A stretch of 64,000 nt of DNA from Minisyncoccota bacterium (GTDB lineage: Bacteria; Patescibacteriota; Minisyncoccia; Phycocordibacterales; JABAAK01): NCBI GenBank assembly GCA_965222235.1, contig OZ244939.1, positions 94,041 to 158,040 on the forward strand. The letters run 5' to 3'. The position numbers and the translations under genes are program-made. The notes under the pieces were generated by a model. It was not told the origin of the DNA. It searched no databases and saw only the letters and a list, made by a program, of their open reading frames with translations. Positions 1 through 10,077 of this stretch are shown in pieces. How positions within the stretch are numbered: the first letter of the stretch is position 1; each line of letters begins with the position of its first letter.

Positions 1-219
1 TGTTCCGGCGGCATGCCGTGCGTTTGTGCTTCCTCCCTGCCGATGCCGTGTATCGCTTCCGCTTCCAGATTCCAGGAAAATGTTTCCGGGATATAGTTTA
101 TATTCCATTCCTTTTTTTTAACCGGCTGCAGGCACTCGTCCAGGAAGATCATGCCGCACTGAATAACCTGCGATAACGCATAGTCAACCCCTGTTGTTTC
201 CGTGTCCAATGCGATAAAT

Positions 220-1497
220 CTATGCATGATGTATATTCGTGAATATTGTTTCCGGATCAACCGACAGCATCTTTTTTGTATCCTCTGTCCTGTTCACATA
301 TTCAACCTGTCCGGCAGCATGTGTGTTCTCCGAGATGATGAGGCGGCACGGCATACCGATCAAATCGCTGTCGGCAAACTTTTCTCCCGCGGAGACATCC
401 CGGTCGTCGTAGAGGATGTCGGCACCCCGCCGCCTAAGTTCATTGTACAGACTGTCCGCCCCCCCCCGCACTTCTTCCTGCTTGCCGAGCACCAGCAGGT
501 GGGCCGTAAATGGTGCGACTGACGGCGGCAGTATCATACTGTTTTCACCGCCGTACTTTTCCGTGATGACGCCGAGCAGTCGGGCGGGGCCGACACCGTA
601 TGAACCCATGAAGACGGGTTTTTCTGTGCCGTCTTCGTCGGTAAATCTCAGATCAAGCGCTTCTGAAAATCTGGTACCGAGCGTGAAGATATTGCCGACT
701 TCCGATGCGGGCTGCTCTTCCAGGTCCTCCCGGCGCATGTTCAGTCTGGCGAGCACTTCATTTGTGTATACCTCCTTGTTCAGCGCCATGCCCCGCTCTT
801 TATGAACATATATGGTGTCTTCTCCGACCGGCGTGACGGTCTGAAACTCATCGCTGAACTCCGAAAACGCACCGCCGCTTGCAAAGGTTCGGTAGGTCTC
901 GTCCCCGAGCCCAACCCGGGTGAAAATGCGTCTGTACGCTTCGCCGCATTGTTCATAGAATGTTTTATGCTGTTCCTCGTTTCTGCAGAAGGAATACATG
1001 TCCTTCATCACGAATTCGCGGGTACGCATGATACCGCTCTTCGCCCGTCCTTCATTCCTGAATTTCGTCTGAATCTGATAGATGTACAGGGGCAGGTCGC
1101 GGTATGAGTTGATGTGATGCCGCATCATTTCGGTAACCGGCTCCTCGTGCGTCCAGCCGAGACCGATCTCTCCTCCTGTGTTAAGACGGGATCGGAACCA
1201 CACTTCGTCCGTTTCCCCTTCCCAACGGCCCGACTTCTTCCACACTTCGGGGTTCTGCAGCCCGTTCATCACCACCTCCTGTCCGCCGATACCGTTCATT
1301 TCTTCACGAATGATGTCCACGATCCTGTTGTATGACCGCAGTCCGAGCGGCAACAGGCTGTATATGCCCGCCATGGTTTTGTGCACATAGCCGGCACGGA
1401 TGAGGAGGTTCGCGTTCCGTGCCGTTTCGTCAACGGGCGCTTCTTTTCGTGTTTTTGTCGCCAGCAGTGACTGTTTCATTGCTATGCAGTGTAGCAT
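220..1497 (-). CDS. proS: prolyl-tRNA synthetase, short form (no bacterial editing insertion)
   Basis: 425 aa. Class II motifs FRNEGRAKSGIMRTREFVMKDMYSF and the RAGYVHKTMAGIYSLLPLG N-region are typical of ProRS. TAG stop at 220-222. Confidence 0.88.
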   Translation of the reverse strand: MLHCIAMKQSLLATKTRKEAPVDETARNANLLIRAGYVHKTMAGIYSLLPLGLRSYNRIVDIIREEMNGIGGQEVVMNGLQNPEVWKKSGRWEGETDEVWFRSRLNTGGEIGLGWTHEEPVTEMMRHHINSYRDLPLYIYQIQTKFRNEGRAKSGIMRTREFVMKDMYSFCRNEEQHKTFYEQCGEAYRRIFTRVGLGDETYRTFASGGAFSEFSDEFQTVTPVGEDTIYVHKERGMALNKEVYTNEVLARLNMRREDLEEQPASEVGNIFTLGTRFSEALDLRFTDEDGTEKPVFMGSYGVGPARLLGVITEKYGGENSMILPPSVAPFTAHLLVLGKQEEVRGGADSLYNELRRRGADILYDDRDVSAGEKFADSDLIGMPCRLIISENTHAAGQVEYVNRTEDTKKMLSVDPETIFTNIHHA

Positions 1498-1556
1498 GTA
1501 TATGCAAAAAAAAGTGGCAGAACAATCGGTGACTGTTCTGCCGTAACGGGCTCCGT

Positions 1557-2201
1557 TCAGTTCTTCTGCGGAAGGTTCAGGTTGGAGTGCCGTTTCCGAA
1601 TCAGCTCATATATCTCAAGCGCCGCCGCCTTCAGTGTTGAGGGGCCGAGGTTTCTCACCTTAAGGTTGATGTTGAGCTCTTCCAGCTTCCCTCTCCACAG
1701 ATCGCCTCTGGCGTAGTTGCTGCTGCTGCCGAACACTTCAATCACATCGCCGCCGAGAGACCTGACAAACTCACATTCAACATGGTGCCGTAGGTCACTC
1801 AGAAGGATGATTTTTCTTCGGGATACGCGGATTTGTTCCGCGACGATGTCAACCCAGAAGTTTTCACCCAGATGTGTGTCAACAATTTCTTTGTGGAAGA
1901 CGTGCATCAGACCCGCCACATCCATGACTGAGCCGTCATATATCGTATCGCATTCGGCATACCGGTCATGTCCGACGATCGCCCTGATAATACTTCTCTG
2001 GCGTTCACCGAATGTCATGTGCTCCGCTGATCCGCCCGACGATTCAAACAGCATGTCGTACAGCATGTTGGCGATTGCATTCCTTCCCGACACCGGTTTG
2101 CCCGCGAGGGCGATGACCGTCTTGTCCCACGCGGCATTACAGGTGCGGTGGTATGAACCCCTGAATCTTTTGACGAGGACGTTCCTGTCTGTCGGTTTCA
2201 T
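1557..2201 (-). CDS. P-loop kinase-like protein, dNMP-kinase (phage T4 gp1-like) fold, degenerate Walker A (GKPVSGRN)
   Basis: 214 aa. N-terminal AGKPVSGRN resembles the G-x-K-x-SGKD P-loop of dNMP kinases. LGENFWVDIVAEQI and IILLSDLRHHVECEF resemble the dNMP-kinase core. Paralogous to 2374..3027. Confidence 0.4.
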   Translation of the reverse strand: MKPTDRNVLVKRFRGSYHRTCNAAWDKTVIALAGKPVSGRNAIANMLYDMLFESSGGSAEHMTFGERQRSIIRAIVGHDRYAECDTIYDGSVMDVAGLMHVFHKEIVDTHLGENFWVDIVAEQIRVSRRKIILLSDLRHHVECEFVRSLGGDVIEVFGSSSNYARGDLWRGKLEELNINLKVRNLGPSTLKAAALEIYELIRKRHSNLNLPQKN

Positions 2202-2373
2202 GGTGTGTACCTCTTCCGGATTGATTGTGTTACTTGTAAAAAAATGCTTGTATGCATTCTCCTAGATATTGTATATATATTTTGGGAAAAGGCAACGGAG
2301 CGGGTATGTATAGTTTTCAAAAAAGAAACGACACAGAGCAATACTGCACTCTGTGTCGTTAATGCTGTCCGGT

Positions 2374-3027
2374 TCAGCTCCATTCAAGCATAAGTGTCAG
2401 TCCCGGGTTATGTTTCTGCAGGAATTCAAATATACCGGTAACTTCATCCCGCATGTTTGTCCCGGACTGGTTGTTTTTTCGTGTGATCGTGATGTCAAAA
2501 TCATTCCCGCTCATCGGGCTGTTGTCCCGTGTGTCATCGTCAACGACCCGAATCGTCACTCCCCCGATATCCTTGATGAAGATGAACTCGTTCTGTCGCC
2601 GCAGGTCGTCTATGATGATCACGCCCCATCCGGATTGTTGTATCCGGTCGGCGATTATGTCAATGAAGAAATGTTCGCCCAGGCGCGGCTCAATGAATTT
2701 GCTTCTGAACTGCTCCGCCAGGGCTTCCATGTTCAGGAGGCCCGTGCCGTACAGCCGGTCACCCCCCTTCCACTGCACATTGCCGGCGAGTGCGCTCATG
2801 ACTTCCCGCAGGCGGTCACCGAACCCCATTCGTGTTACCCGAATCCCCCGCTCCATTTTGAGATAGGTGTAGAGCCAGGCGGCGGTGCAGTGCTGGCCAA
2901 TCTGCGGCTTTCCCGCAAATCCGACCACCAGTCGGTCGGACCGGGTAAGGGGGCTGTAGTCTCTTCTATAGCTGTGAATGTAGGGGGCCTTCTCTTCCTT
3001 CCGGTTTCTGTCGCCGGCATGATTCAT
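2374..3027 (-). CDS. P-loop kinase-like protein, dNMP-kinase-like, paralogue of 1557..2201
   Basis: 217 aa. It shares AGKP..G, LGEHFFIDIIADRI and VIIIDDLRRQNEFIF blocks with the neighbouring ORF. Same strand, tandem. Confidence 0.4.
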   Translation of the reverse strand: MNHAGDRNRKEEKAPYIHSYRRDYSPLTRSDRLVVGFAGKPQIGQHCTAAWLYTYLKMERGIRVTRMGFGDRLREVMSALAGNVQWKGGDRLYGTGLLNMEALAEQFRSKFIEPRLGEHFFIDIIADRIQQSGWGVIIIDDLRRQNEFIFIKDIGGVTIRVVDDDTRDNSPMSGNDFDITITRKNNQSGTNMRDEVTGIFEFLQKHNPGLTLMLEWS

Positions 3028-3091
3028 GGTAATGCTCCTTTCTGCGGCGGATGAGACTTCTACCGGACACTATACCACCGAATGCCCTGCG

Positions 3092-4300
3092 TTACCAGAG
3101 TATAAATATAGTGCGTCCGACCCGCAGGATGTGTTCTTTTCTCGTCGCCCTGTCTTTTTCGGTAATGGTATGTCGTATATCGGTCATCTTCTTTCCGTTC
3201 AGTGACACTGCGCCCTGCTCAAACTTTCTGCGTGCGTCTGCGTTGGATGCCGCCGCGTGTTCGGCAACGACGGTGAACAACAGTCCGTCTTCCGGTATGC
3301 CGATGCGTTCGGCATTGTCCGGCACTTCTTTTTCCCTGAACTGCTGTATATACCGCTCTTCGGCTTCCTGTGCCCGCTTCCCGCCCCAGAACATGGCAAC
3401 AATTTCCCGGGCGAGGTGCAGCTTGTGATCCCGCGTCTTCACGCCGCCCCCTGTGTCCATGTGTGTGATTTCTTCCATGGGCACGCGCGTGCAGCCGCAA
3501 AACAGCGGAATGATGAAACCGTCCGGTAGTGCCATGACACCTCCGAACATTCGGTCATTGCCGCCCGGCTCAATGTCAACGAAGACGCCGGTACCGGTAC
3601 TCTTTGACATCAACACACCGTTTGCCTGTATCAGGTTCATGGACACCACAAACTTTTCCTTGCCGAGATGCTTCTGCACCATCGTCCGCCCGAACAGCGC
3701 ATTGAAGGTCTGATCCGTGCCGCAGAGCTCCGCGTCCACCTTCATCGCGACGGAGTCGTACCCCTGCAGTATGGGATACACCATTTCATGCGCATGGAGC
3801 GGCTTGCCGTCCCGCAGCCGTTTCTGAAACATGTCCCGTTCCAGCAACTGCTGTACGGTGGTTTCACTCATGAGTTTCAGAAAATCTGCCAGCGAGAAGG
3901 AATCAAACCACCGATTGTTGTAGGTGATGGAGGCGTTACCGAACCGGGAAATCTGCAGAATCGGGGCAACCTGCTTTTTCCAGGTGCGCATGTTTTTCCG
4001 CACCTGTGCCGGCGTGAGCTGTGGCCGGGAAGATTCTTTTTCCGTCGGATCGCCGATGAGTCCGGTGAACGAGCCGAACAGGAGCGTCACCTTCGCGCCG
4101 AGTTTCCGCATATCCTCCAGAAACAGTATGTTCTGCACATGACCGAGGTGTATCTTTTCCGCGGTCGGGTCAATGCCGAGGTATATATGAAACGGTGTGC
4201 CCGAGAGCATGCGGGTTATAAATAAATCGCGGGAGGGTATGACCTCAACGATTGTTTCCCGCTCAAACAGCGCTTCAACATCCCTGCGTGTTGGCTTCAT
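3092..4300 (-). CDS. tyrS: tyrosyl-tRNA synthetase with C-terminal S4-like domain
   Basis: 402 aa. HIGH-type motif GIDPTAEKIHLGH, KMSKS-type LMSKSTG, class I fold. Confidence 0.9.
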   Translation of the reverse strand: MKPTRRDVEALFERETIVEVIPSRDLFITRMLSGTPFHIYLGIDPTAEKIHLGHVQNILFLEDMRKLGAKVTLLFGSFTGLIGDPTEKESSRPQLTPAQVRKNMRTWKKQVAPILQISRFGNASITYNNRWFDSFSLADFLKLMSETTVQQLLERDMFQKRLRDGKPLHAHEMVYPILQGYDSVAMKVDAELCGTDQTFNALFGRTMVQKHLGKEKFVVSMNLIQANGVLMSKSTGTGVFVDIEPGGNDRMFGGVMALPDGFIIPLFCGCTRVPMEEITHMDTGGGVKTRDHKLHLAREIVAMFWGGKRAQEAEERYIQQFREKEVPDNAERIGIPEDGLLFTVVAEHAAASNADARRKFEQGAVSLNGKKMTDIRHTITEKDRATRKEHILRVGRTIFILW

Positions 4301-4460
4301 ATGTCAGTAGTATATCATCTATTGAGAAATGATTTTGTGGCCGAGCTTCTGTGTGCTGCTGTCAATCATCCGCAACACCTCAAAGGCTGCGCGTCGCCGT
4401 GTCCGTTCCGAGGGATCCTCCTCCTCTTTGCCGAACAGGCGGGAGAGACGGTATGCGATT

Positions 4461-5360
4461 TCACTTTTTATCGTGTATTGATTTCCTCCATGCGTCATCA
4501 TTACGGTATAGTATACCACGGTCTATCTGGTATCTTTCTTTCCTTCTTCCGGAGATGAGTATTGTCAGTATGAGCAGCAGTTCAGCGACGATGACGGTGA
4601 GCAGCACCAGTATTCCCTTCATCAGCGGTGTATGATATTCCGGTATAGTATTCACCACTGTTATGGGCGGGGGCGGTATCGCCACCTCTTTTTCAATTAC
4701 CCGCTGTATGACGGTTTGCGGGACCGGAACAATTGTCTGAACGGCACTCACCGTATCGCTCACCCGCTGTTCCAGGGAGATGTCCGGCTCCGGCTCCTCC
4801 CGAACTGCCTCAGGGCCGCCTGCCGTGTTTTTGACTGTGATCGGATTCACTTCTATGCTCCCCGGCGTTGCGGGTCCCGAAACCTGTTCTCCGTCCGTGA
4901 TATGCAGTGTCGCACCGGTGCCGCTTGCATTTTCATCCGGGGTGTAGTGGAAGGAGGATATTGTCTCCTTCGTCCCCGGGTTATATATCCCTATCTCTTC
5001 TCCCTGACCGCCCCGCTGGCGAAGATTAAATATAGAAAGAAACATCGGTTCGTCATATGTCGGGTGGTCCTGAAGGAAGACATCTTCATCCTGTACGATG
5101 ACTCCCACACCTCCTGCAGCCAGCTCCCGCACGCCCGTGCTTGATTCTTTCAGATGGTGGTTTGTTTTTCCCTCCGCGAGGCGGTATGCAGTTACATCAA
5201 CAGATGTTTCATTGTCATTGAGGATCTCTATCCATTCGTGACCGGCATCCTTCTGCTGCTTCGGATCGTACATTATCTCGGTGATAACAATCTGTGCGAA
5301 TGCCTGAGGTGCAAGCAGCATGGTCAGCGTGCCGAATTGTACTGCCCGCAGCAAGTTCAT
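4461..5360 (-). CDS. secreted lamin-tail-domain (LTD) protein with C-terminal membrane anchor
   Basis: Signal peptide MNLLRAVQFGTLTMLLAPQAFA. LTD signature VITEIMYDP...EWIEILN. Hydrophobic helix LVLLTVIVAELLLILTILI near the C-terminus. Confidence 0.6.
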   Translation of the reverse strand: MNLLRAVQFGTLTMLLAPQAFAQIVITEIMYDPKQQKDAGHEWIEILNDNETSVDVTAYRLAEGKTNHHLKESSTGVRELAAGGVGVIVQDEDVFLQDHPTYDEPMFLSIFNLRQRGGQGEEIGIYNPGTKETISSFHYTPDENASGTGATLHITDGEQVSGPATPGSIEVNPITVKNTAGGPEAVREEPEPDISLEQRVSDTVSAVQTIVPVPQTVIQRVIEKEVAIPPPPITVVNTIPEYHTPLMKGILVLLTVIVAELLLILTILISGRRKERYQIDRGILYRNDDAWRKSIHDKK

Positions 5361-5366
5361 GTTCTA

Positions 5367-7775
5367 TTACTGTCGCCCGAGGATGAGTTTTGGAAGGGAG
5401 AGCGGTTGGCTTTGGTTCCCCGCGCTGTCCGACACCGTCACCGTACAGCCTACGTATTCCCTGCCGGCGATCAGCTCATACGGTATACCGTATCCGCTGT
5501 TCTGTGTCATGAAGCCGAGGCTGCCGTTTCCGCAGGGACCGTCGTAGGCAATCCGCAGCCAGTCGGCCGGCTGTATACCTCCCGCTGTCACCGGAACAAT
5601 AGCACTGTCGGCATCATCAGCGGCAAAGCCGAGCACGGTCGCGGAAGTTCCCGATGTCAATGTCGGAGCATCTGTTTCGCGGACTATGGTGATGACATTT
5701 CTCGCACTGCTTTTTGTGCCGCTGTTGTCGCTGACGGTGAACTTGAACTTCACACGCTTATCATCCTGCTCGCCCACATTGTCTGTGTTTGAACCGGCAA
5801 AGTTAACGGTATAGGTGACGTGCAGGTTGCCGCTGCTGGTGCCGGTGGTGCTGCCCTGAAGATAGTTTATGTGGTTTGTACCGCCCGATGTCACCTCAAT
5901 ATCCACTTTCTCATCATAGTTTGAACTGTTGTACCTGGTATCGTCATCGCTGATCTTTACTCTGAAACTTACCGAGTTTTTCTTCGTGAAAAATATGTTC
6001 TGACCGGGAGCGATTGCGCGCGATTCGTCAAAATGTATCACGCTCACAACCGGTCTGTTTCTGTCTATTGTCGTCGTCTGCACCGCTATTTCCTGCTTCT
6101 GCGGCTCGTGTGTTCGTTCAGAAGCGACTGCGGCAATGCCGGGCGTCGGATTGCCCTCAAATATACTTCCGGTTCCGAGGATGTGAAGCGTGTATCCGTT
6201 ATTATGTGCGCCGTCACTCTTCGTATAGGTAACGGTATCAACGGCGATTCCGTTGGATTTGAGCACCACGGTGTCGCCGGTATTTGTCAGCGATAGGGAG
6301 GCGACGAACAGTTGGCCGGCAAATGACGGATTCTCTATTCTGAATTTCTCCGCGCTGTCGGTGATAACGGCGACATCACCGTGTTCAAGCGCCGTTTCGC
6401 CCGCACCGCCCGAGTCGTACGCAATACTTTTCAGTCCGCCGTCGTCAATAACTAATCCGGAGACTGTGACCGGCACCGTGCCGCTGTTCACTATTTCAAC
6501 CCACTCACTCTCGCCTGATCCGCTGTACTTTATCTCACTTATCTCAACGGTGAGATCGGTGATGCCGGTGATTTGACCGAACGAAGCATAAGCTGTCTGC
6601 TCAAGAAGGTCCGTCACCTTAACACATACATACTTGTCATTGTTCTCAGTCCCGAACAGCACTATTGTTGCGGTGTGTTTCCCGCCGTCAGCCGCGGTTA
6701 CTTTCACCGTTTGTTCCGTTTCCGTTGCCGCGGTATATACCTCTTCCGTTCCGCACGCCGCATCGTGCATTTTGTACGATATATTTTCGGGAGGGGCGCT
6801 CTCGGTGATCCCCACCGTTATCTGTTTTCTTGATGTGTTATCGGTCGGTGATGTAATTGCAAATGCGATAACCGGCGCGACGCGGTCAATATATACCCGT
6901 TTCCCCTGATCGATCAGTGTGCCGTTTTTCAGTTCCTCATCGCCGTTCCTGACGGTATAGGTGATGTTCCCTGACGGGTCGTCCGCAGTGACGGTATAAG
7001 TGAAGGATTTGCTTGTATCAGTTCCGCCGTTCCCGGCAACCATCTCTCTTTGAGAGTTGCCGATGTGCAGCTTGACTGCCGTGCCGCTCGGCAGGTCTCT
7101 CGTGCGGAAGACGTGGAGTGTAATTACAGCATCCGTGTTCAGGAATACCGCGTCGTTAATCTCCTGTTTATTTTTCTGTCCCACCGATGAGGCGACGGCG
7201 ATAGTCGGTTCAACGGCAGTGTATGATTTAATCGGATTCACTTCCACTCTTCCGGGTGTCGCCGGCGCGACGACGAGCTCACCGTCCAGTCCGACATGAA
7301 GTGAAACATCCGTTTTCCCCGTTTGTATTGCGGTATATACGACGCTGTTTATTTCCGTCGTTCCCGTTGCGTCAAACAGCGCAACAGTGCCGTTCGTGTC
7401 AGGAAGATCAAACGCCGCGGTATATATCAAACCGGCATGCCCCGCGTGTCCGGATATAAATACGGAAGCATCTTTGGCAATGATCGCAACCGTCCCGGTT
7501 GTGAGCGTGTTTGCCGTACCGCTGTGTGCGGTTATGGCCAGCTTCTCACCGTCGCCAACCCCGATCTTCAGGGTGGTCAGGTCAATATCACCGCCCGTGT
7601 TAATGATTTCAATATATTCTCCGCCACTTCTCGGATTGTACGCTATCTCCGTTATCTCCACATCACCCGCGCTCTGCGCGTGAGCCGGCGAAGAAAGGTA
7701 TGCGCCGCATACCGCTGTGACCATCACACCTATTGCATATGCGAATCTTGTATGTTTGTTCGGATATTTGTTCAT
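5367..7775 (-). CDS. large secreted surface protein with two LTD domains and Ig-like beta-rich repeats
   Basis: 802 aa. N-terminal signal peptide. LTD motifs VEITEIAYNP...EYIEIIN and VEISEIKYSGSGESEWVEIVN. T/S/G/V-rich beta repeats. Confidence 0.62.
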   Translation of the reverse strand: MNKYPNKHTRFAYAIGVMVTAVCGAYLSSPAHAQSAGDVEITEIAYNPRSGGEYIEIINTGGDIDLTTLKIGVGDGEKLAITAHSGTANTLTTGTVAIIAKDASVFISGHAGHAGLIYTAAFDLPDTNGTVALFDATGTTEINSVVYTAIQTGKTDVSLHVGLDGELVVAPATPGRVEVNPIKSYTAVEPTIAVASSVGQKNKQEINDAVFLNTDAVITLHVFRTRDLPSGTAVKLHIGNSQREMVAGNGGTDTSKSFTYTVTADDPSGNITYTVRNGDEELKNGTLIDQGKRVYIDRVAPVIAFAITSPTDNTSRKQITVGITESAPPENISYKMHDAACGTEEVYTAATETEQTVKVTAADGGKHTATIVLFGTENNDKYVCVKVTDLLEQTAYASFGQITGITDLTVEISEIKYSGSGESEWVEIVNSGTVPVTVSGLVIDDGGLKSIAYDSGGAGETALEHGDVAVITDSAEKFRIENPSFAGQLFVASLSLTNTGDTVVLKSNGIAVDTVTYTKSDGAHNNGYTLHILGTGSIFEGNPTPGIAAVASERTHEPQKQEIAVQTTTIDRNRPVVSVIHFDESRAIAPGQNIFFTKKNSVSFRVKISDDDTRYNSSNYDEKVDIEVTSGGTNHINYLQGSTTGTSSGNLHVTYTVNFAGSNTDNVGEQDDKRVKFKFTVSDNSGTKSSARNVITIVRETDAPTLTSGTSATVLGFAADDADSAIVPVTAGGIQPADWLRIAYDGPCGNGSLGFMTQNSGYGIPYELIAGREYVGCTVTVSDSAGNQSQPLSLPKLILGRQ

Positions 7776-8383
7776 ATTTTTTGAAAAGAGTTTTTTAATT
7801 TCTGCGCGACGAACACTTTTTCATGATAAAGCAAAAACATACGGTATATTCATAAAACATGTTTTCAGTGGAAAACTTTTCACCGGGTTTTTATAAAACT
7901 ACAGGTGTGACGGATTTTTACTTTAAGTTTGGTATGTATAAATCTTATACGAAACGACTTATCTAGTCGTTACTTCATCTCATAGCATTCTACTGTAAGG
8001 GAGGGGGTATGGGCGGTAAGTGTATTTTGGTAGTACAGGGTCACCGTGGAATAATAACTCTTCTCTAAAAATTAACGAAATGAGCATTGCTAACACAGCA
8101 GAGAAAATAATATTCAAAAGTACGGTGATGATTTTCTTGTAAGGTACATCCTTTGTATTTTCTTCTTCTTTGTATCGCCCCTTGATACAAAAAACAGTAG
8201 ACCGGCAATAAGTCTGAGGAGCACCGCGAGTATACCGAGCCATACCCATATATTTCCCTGTTCGCTTTCGTGCGCTCCGCTCCCGCGCCATCTCGCCCAC
8301 CACCTTCCCGCTTACCCGCTTTGCGGGAAGTGGCGGGTTTCATTATTCCAACCATCATTTGGTATACTGTCTATACAAAAGGT

Positions 8384-9142
8384 ATGGAGAAGATTGTAAC
8401 AAAAAAGAAACTGTTAGACACTATCGTGTGTGGGGATGTGTTGGAAATTATGAAAGAAATACCAGATTCCTCCGTTGATTTAGTGATTACATCACCACCA
8501 TATAATATTAAAAATTCTACAGGAAATGGATTAAAAAATGGAAACGGCGGAAAATGGGCGAATGCGGAACTGCAAAACGGCTACTCACATTATGACGACT
8601 GTATGCCGCATGACGAGTATGTGGAGTGGCAGCGAGATTGCCTGCAAGAGATGATGCGCCTTATTCCGGAAGATGGAGCAATTTTCTACAACCACAAGTG
8701 GAGAGTACAAGCCGGGTTGTTGCAAGATCGTCAGGATATTGTGGAAGGGTTTCCGGTGCGACAAATCATTATTTGGCGAAGAAAGGGCGGTTTTAATTTT
8801 AATCCTGGGTATTTTTTGCCCACCTACGAAGTAATTTACTTAATCGCCAAACCAAAGTTTCTGCTGTTACCAAAGGCGAATGCCTGTGGCGATGTATGGG
8901 AGTTTACACAAGAAATGAAAAACAAGCATCCGGCAGCATTTCCTGTTGACCTTATAGACCGTATTATATCCTCAACCAACGCAAAGATTGTTTTAGATCC
9001 GTTTATGGGCTCAGGGACGGTGGCAGTATCAGCAAAAAATCTGAAAAGAAACTATATCGGTATTGATAAATCTCCGGAGTATTGTGAAATGGCGGAACAG
9101 AGGATACAGCAGTGTGAATCTCAACCAGCACTACCTCTATAA
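8384..9142 (+). CDS. beta-class amino-DNA methyltransferase (N4-cytosine or N6-adenine), SPPY then FxGxG order
   Basis: Motif IV DLVITSPPYN precedes motif I VLDPFMGSGTVAVSA, which is the beta permutation as in M.MvaI/M.BcnI-type N4mC MTases. Likely start at ATG 8384 (MEKIVTKKK). The longer ORF from 8270 is a GC-rich read-through. Confidence 0.75.
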   Translation: MEKIVTKKKLLDTIVCGDVLEIMKEIPDSSVDLVITSPPYNIKNSTGNGLKNGNGGKWANAELQNGYSHYDDCMPHDEYVEWQRDCLQEMMRLIPEDGAIFYNHKWRVQAGLLQDRQDIVEGFPVRQIIIWRRKGGFNFNPGYFLPTYEVIYLIAKPKFLLLPKANACGDVWEFTQEMKNKHPAAFPVDLIDRIISSTNAKIVLDPFMGSGTVAVSAKNLKRNYIGIDKSPEYCEMAEQRIQQCESQPALPL

Positions 9143-9143
9143 C

Positions 9144-9947
9144 ATGGTGACAAGAAAGAAAGCAAAAATATACACTAAGAAGGAATTACTACAGAAACTC
9201 AAGGAAATAGCAGACATGGGATGGGTGTCGAATACCAGGCATGGTAATGATGGTGGTGTGGGCAATACTCTTGAAGATTTACTCGGCATTGAAGAAAACA
9301 ACCTGCCGATACCAAACGCCGCCGAGTGGGAACTAAAGACACAGAGAATTAACACAGCATCACTTACTACATTATTTCACAGTGAACCCTCACCCCGCGC
9401 AATTCATTTTGTGCCACAGATATTACTTCCTCTGTACGGCTGGGTACACCAAGAGAGCGGTAAAAAGTACCCAAAAGGTGAAATGAGTTTCAGACAAACG
9501 ATACATGGACAAACAAGAAGTGACCGTGGGTTTATGGTAGTAATTGACCGCAGAAAAAAGAAAGTTTTGATTTCTTTTAATTCCGGCAGTGTTGATGTTC
9601 GGCATAAAAAATGGCTATCGTCTGTCAAAAGGCATGTGGGTCTTGGCGAAATTGATCCGCAGCCATACTGGGGATTTGATGATTTAGAACACAAAGCGGG
9701 TACAAAACTGCTCAATACATTCTATGTGCAGGCAGAGGCAAAAAGGGTTCGTGGCAAAGAGTATTACCGATACACAAAAGTAACAATGTTACAGAAATTT
9801 AGCTTTGACGGTTTTCTCAAAGCACTTGAGGAGGGAAAAATACTTGTTGATTTTGATGCCCGTACCGGACATAATCACGGTACAAAATTTCGCATGAAAC
9901 AAGGTACGCTCCCTACACTGTATGAGAAAAGTAAAATCATTTATTGA
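9144..9947 (+). CDS. putative type II restriction endonuclease partner of the upstream MTase (candidate MvaI/BcnI-like)
   Basis: ATG lies 1 nt after the MTase TAA stop. About 268 aa, AT-rich, no recognisable housekeeping motif. The assignment rests on context plus a weak resemblance (GGVGNTLEDLLGIEENNLPIP...EWELK); it is not proven. Confidence 0.4.
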   Translation: MVTRKKAKIYTKKELLQKLKEIADMGWVSNTRHGNDGGVGNTLEDLLGIEENNLPIPNAAEWELKTQRINTASLTTLFHSEPSPRAIHFVPQILLPLYGWVHQESGKKYPKGEMSFRQTIHGQTRSDRGFMVVIDRRKKKVLISFNSGSVDVRHKKWLSSVKRHVGLGEIDPQPYWGFDDLEHKAGTKLLNTFYVQAEAKRVRGKEYYRYTKVTMLQKFSFDGFLKALEEGKILVDFDARTGHNHGTKFRMKQGTLPTLYEKSKIIY

Positions 9948-10077
9948 TATATAAATCTTTTACAAACAAAGTTTGAGAGTAAATTACCTGTCTTAGTCGA
10001 AAGGACTTTTAGGTGGACTTTTATATAATTTTATTATCTCCGCCTTTTCTTTATTTAATGTTGACTCGTCAATTTGA

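Noticed and set aside
5154-5792. 212-aa + strand ORF and other long antisense ORFs inside the LTD surface-protein, lepA, pheT and giant-protein genes
   Set aside because: They are antisense to strongly supported genes in GC-rich DNA. They have no motifs and are typical shadow ORFs.
8270-8383. N-terminal 38 codons of the annotated MTase ORF (MRSAPAPSRPPP…)
   Set aside because: The low-complexity Pro/Ala-rich read-through of upstream DNA was not adopted. The conserved MTase begins at ATG 8384.
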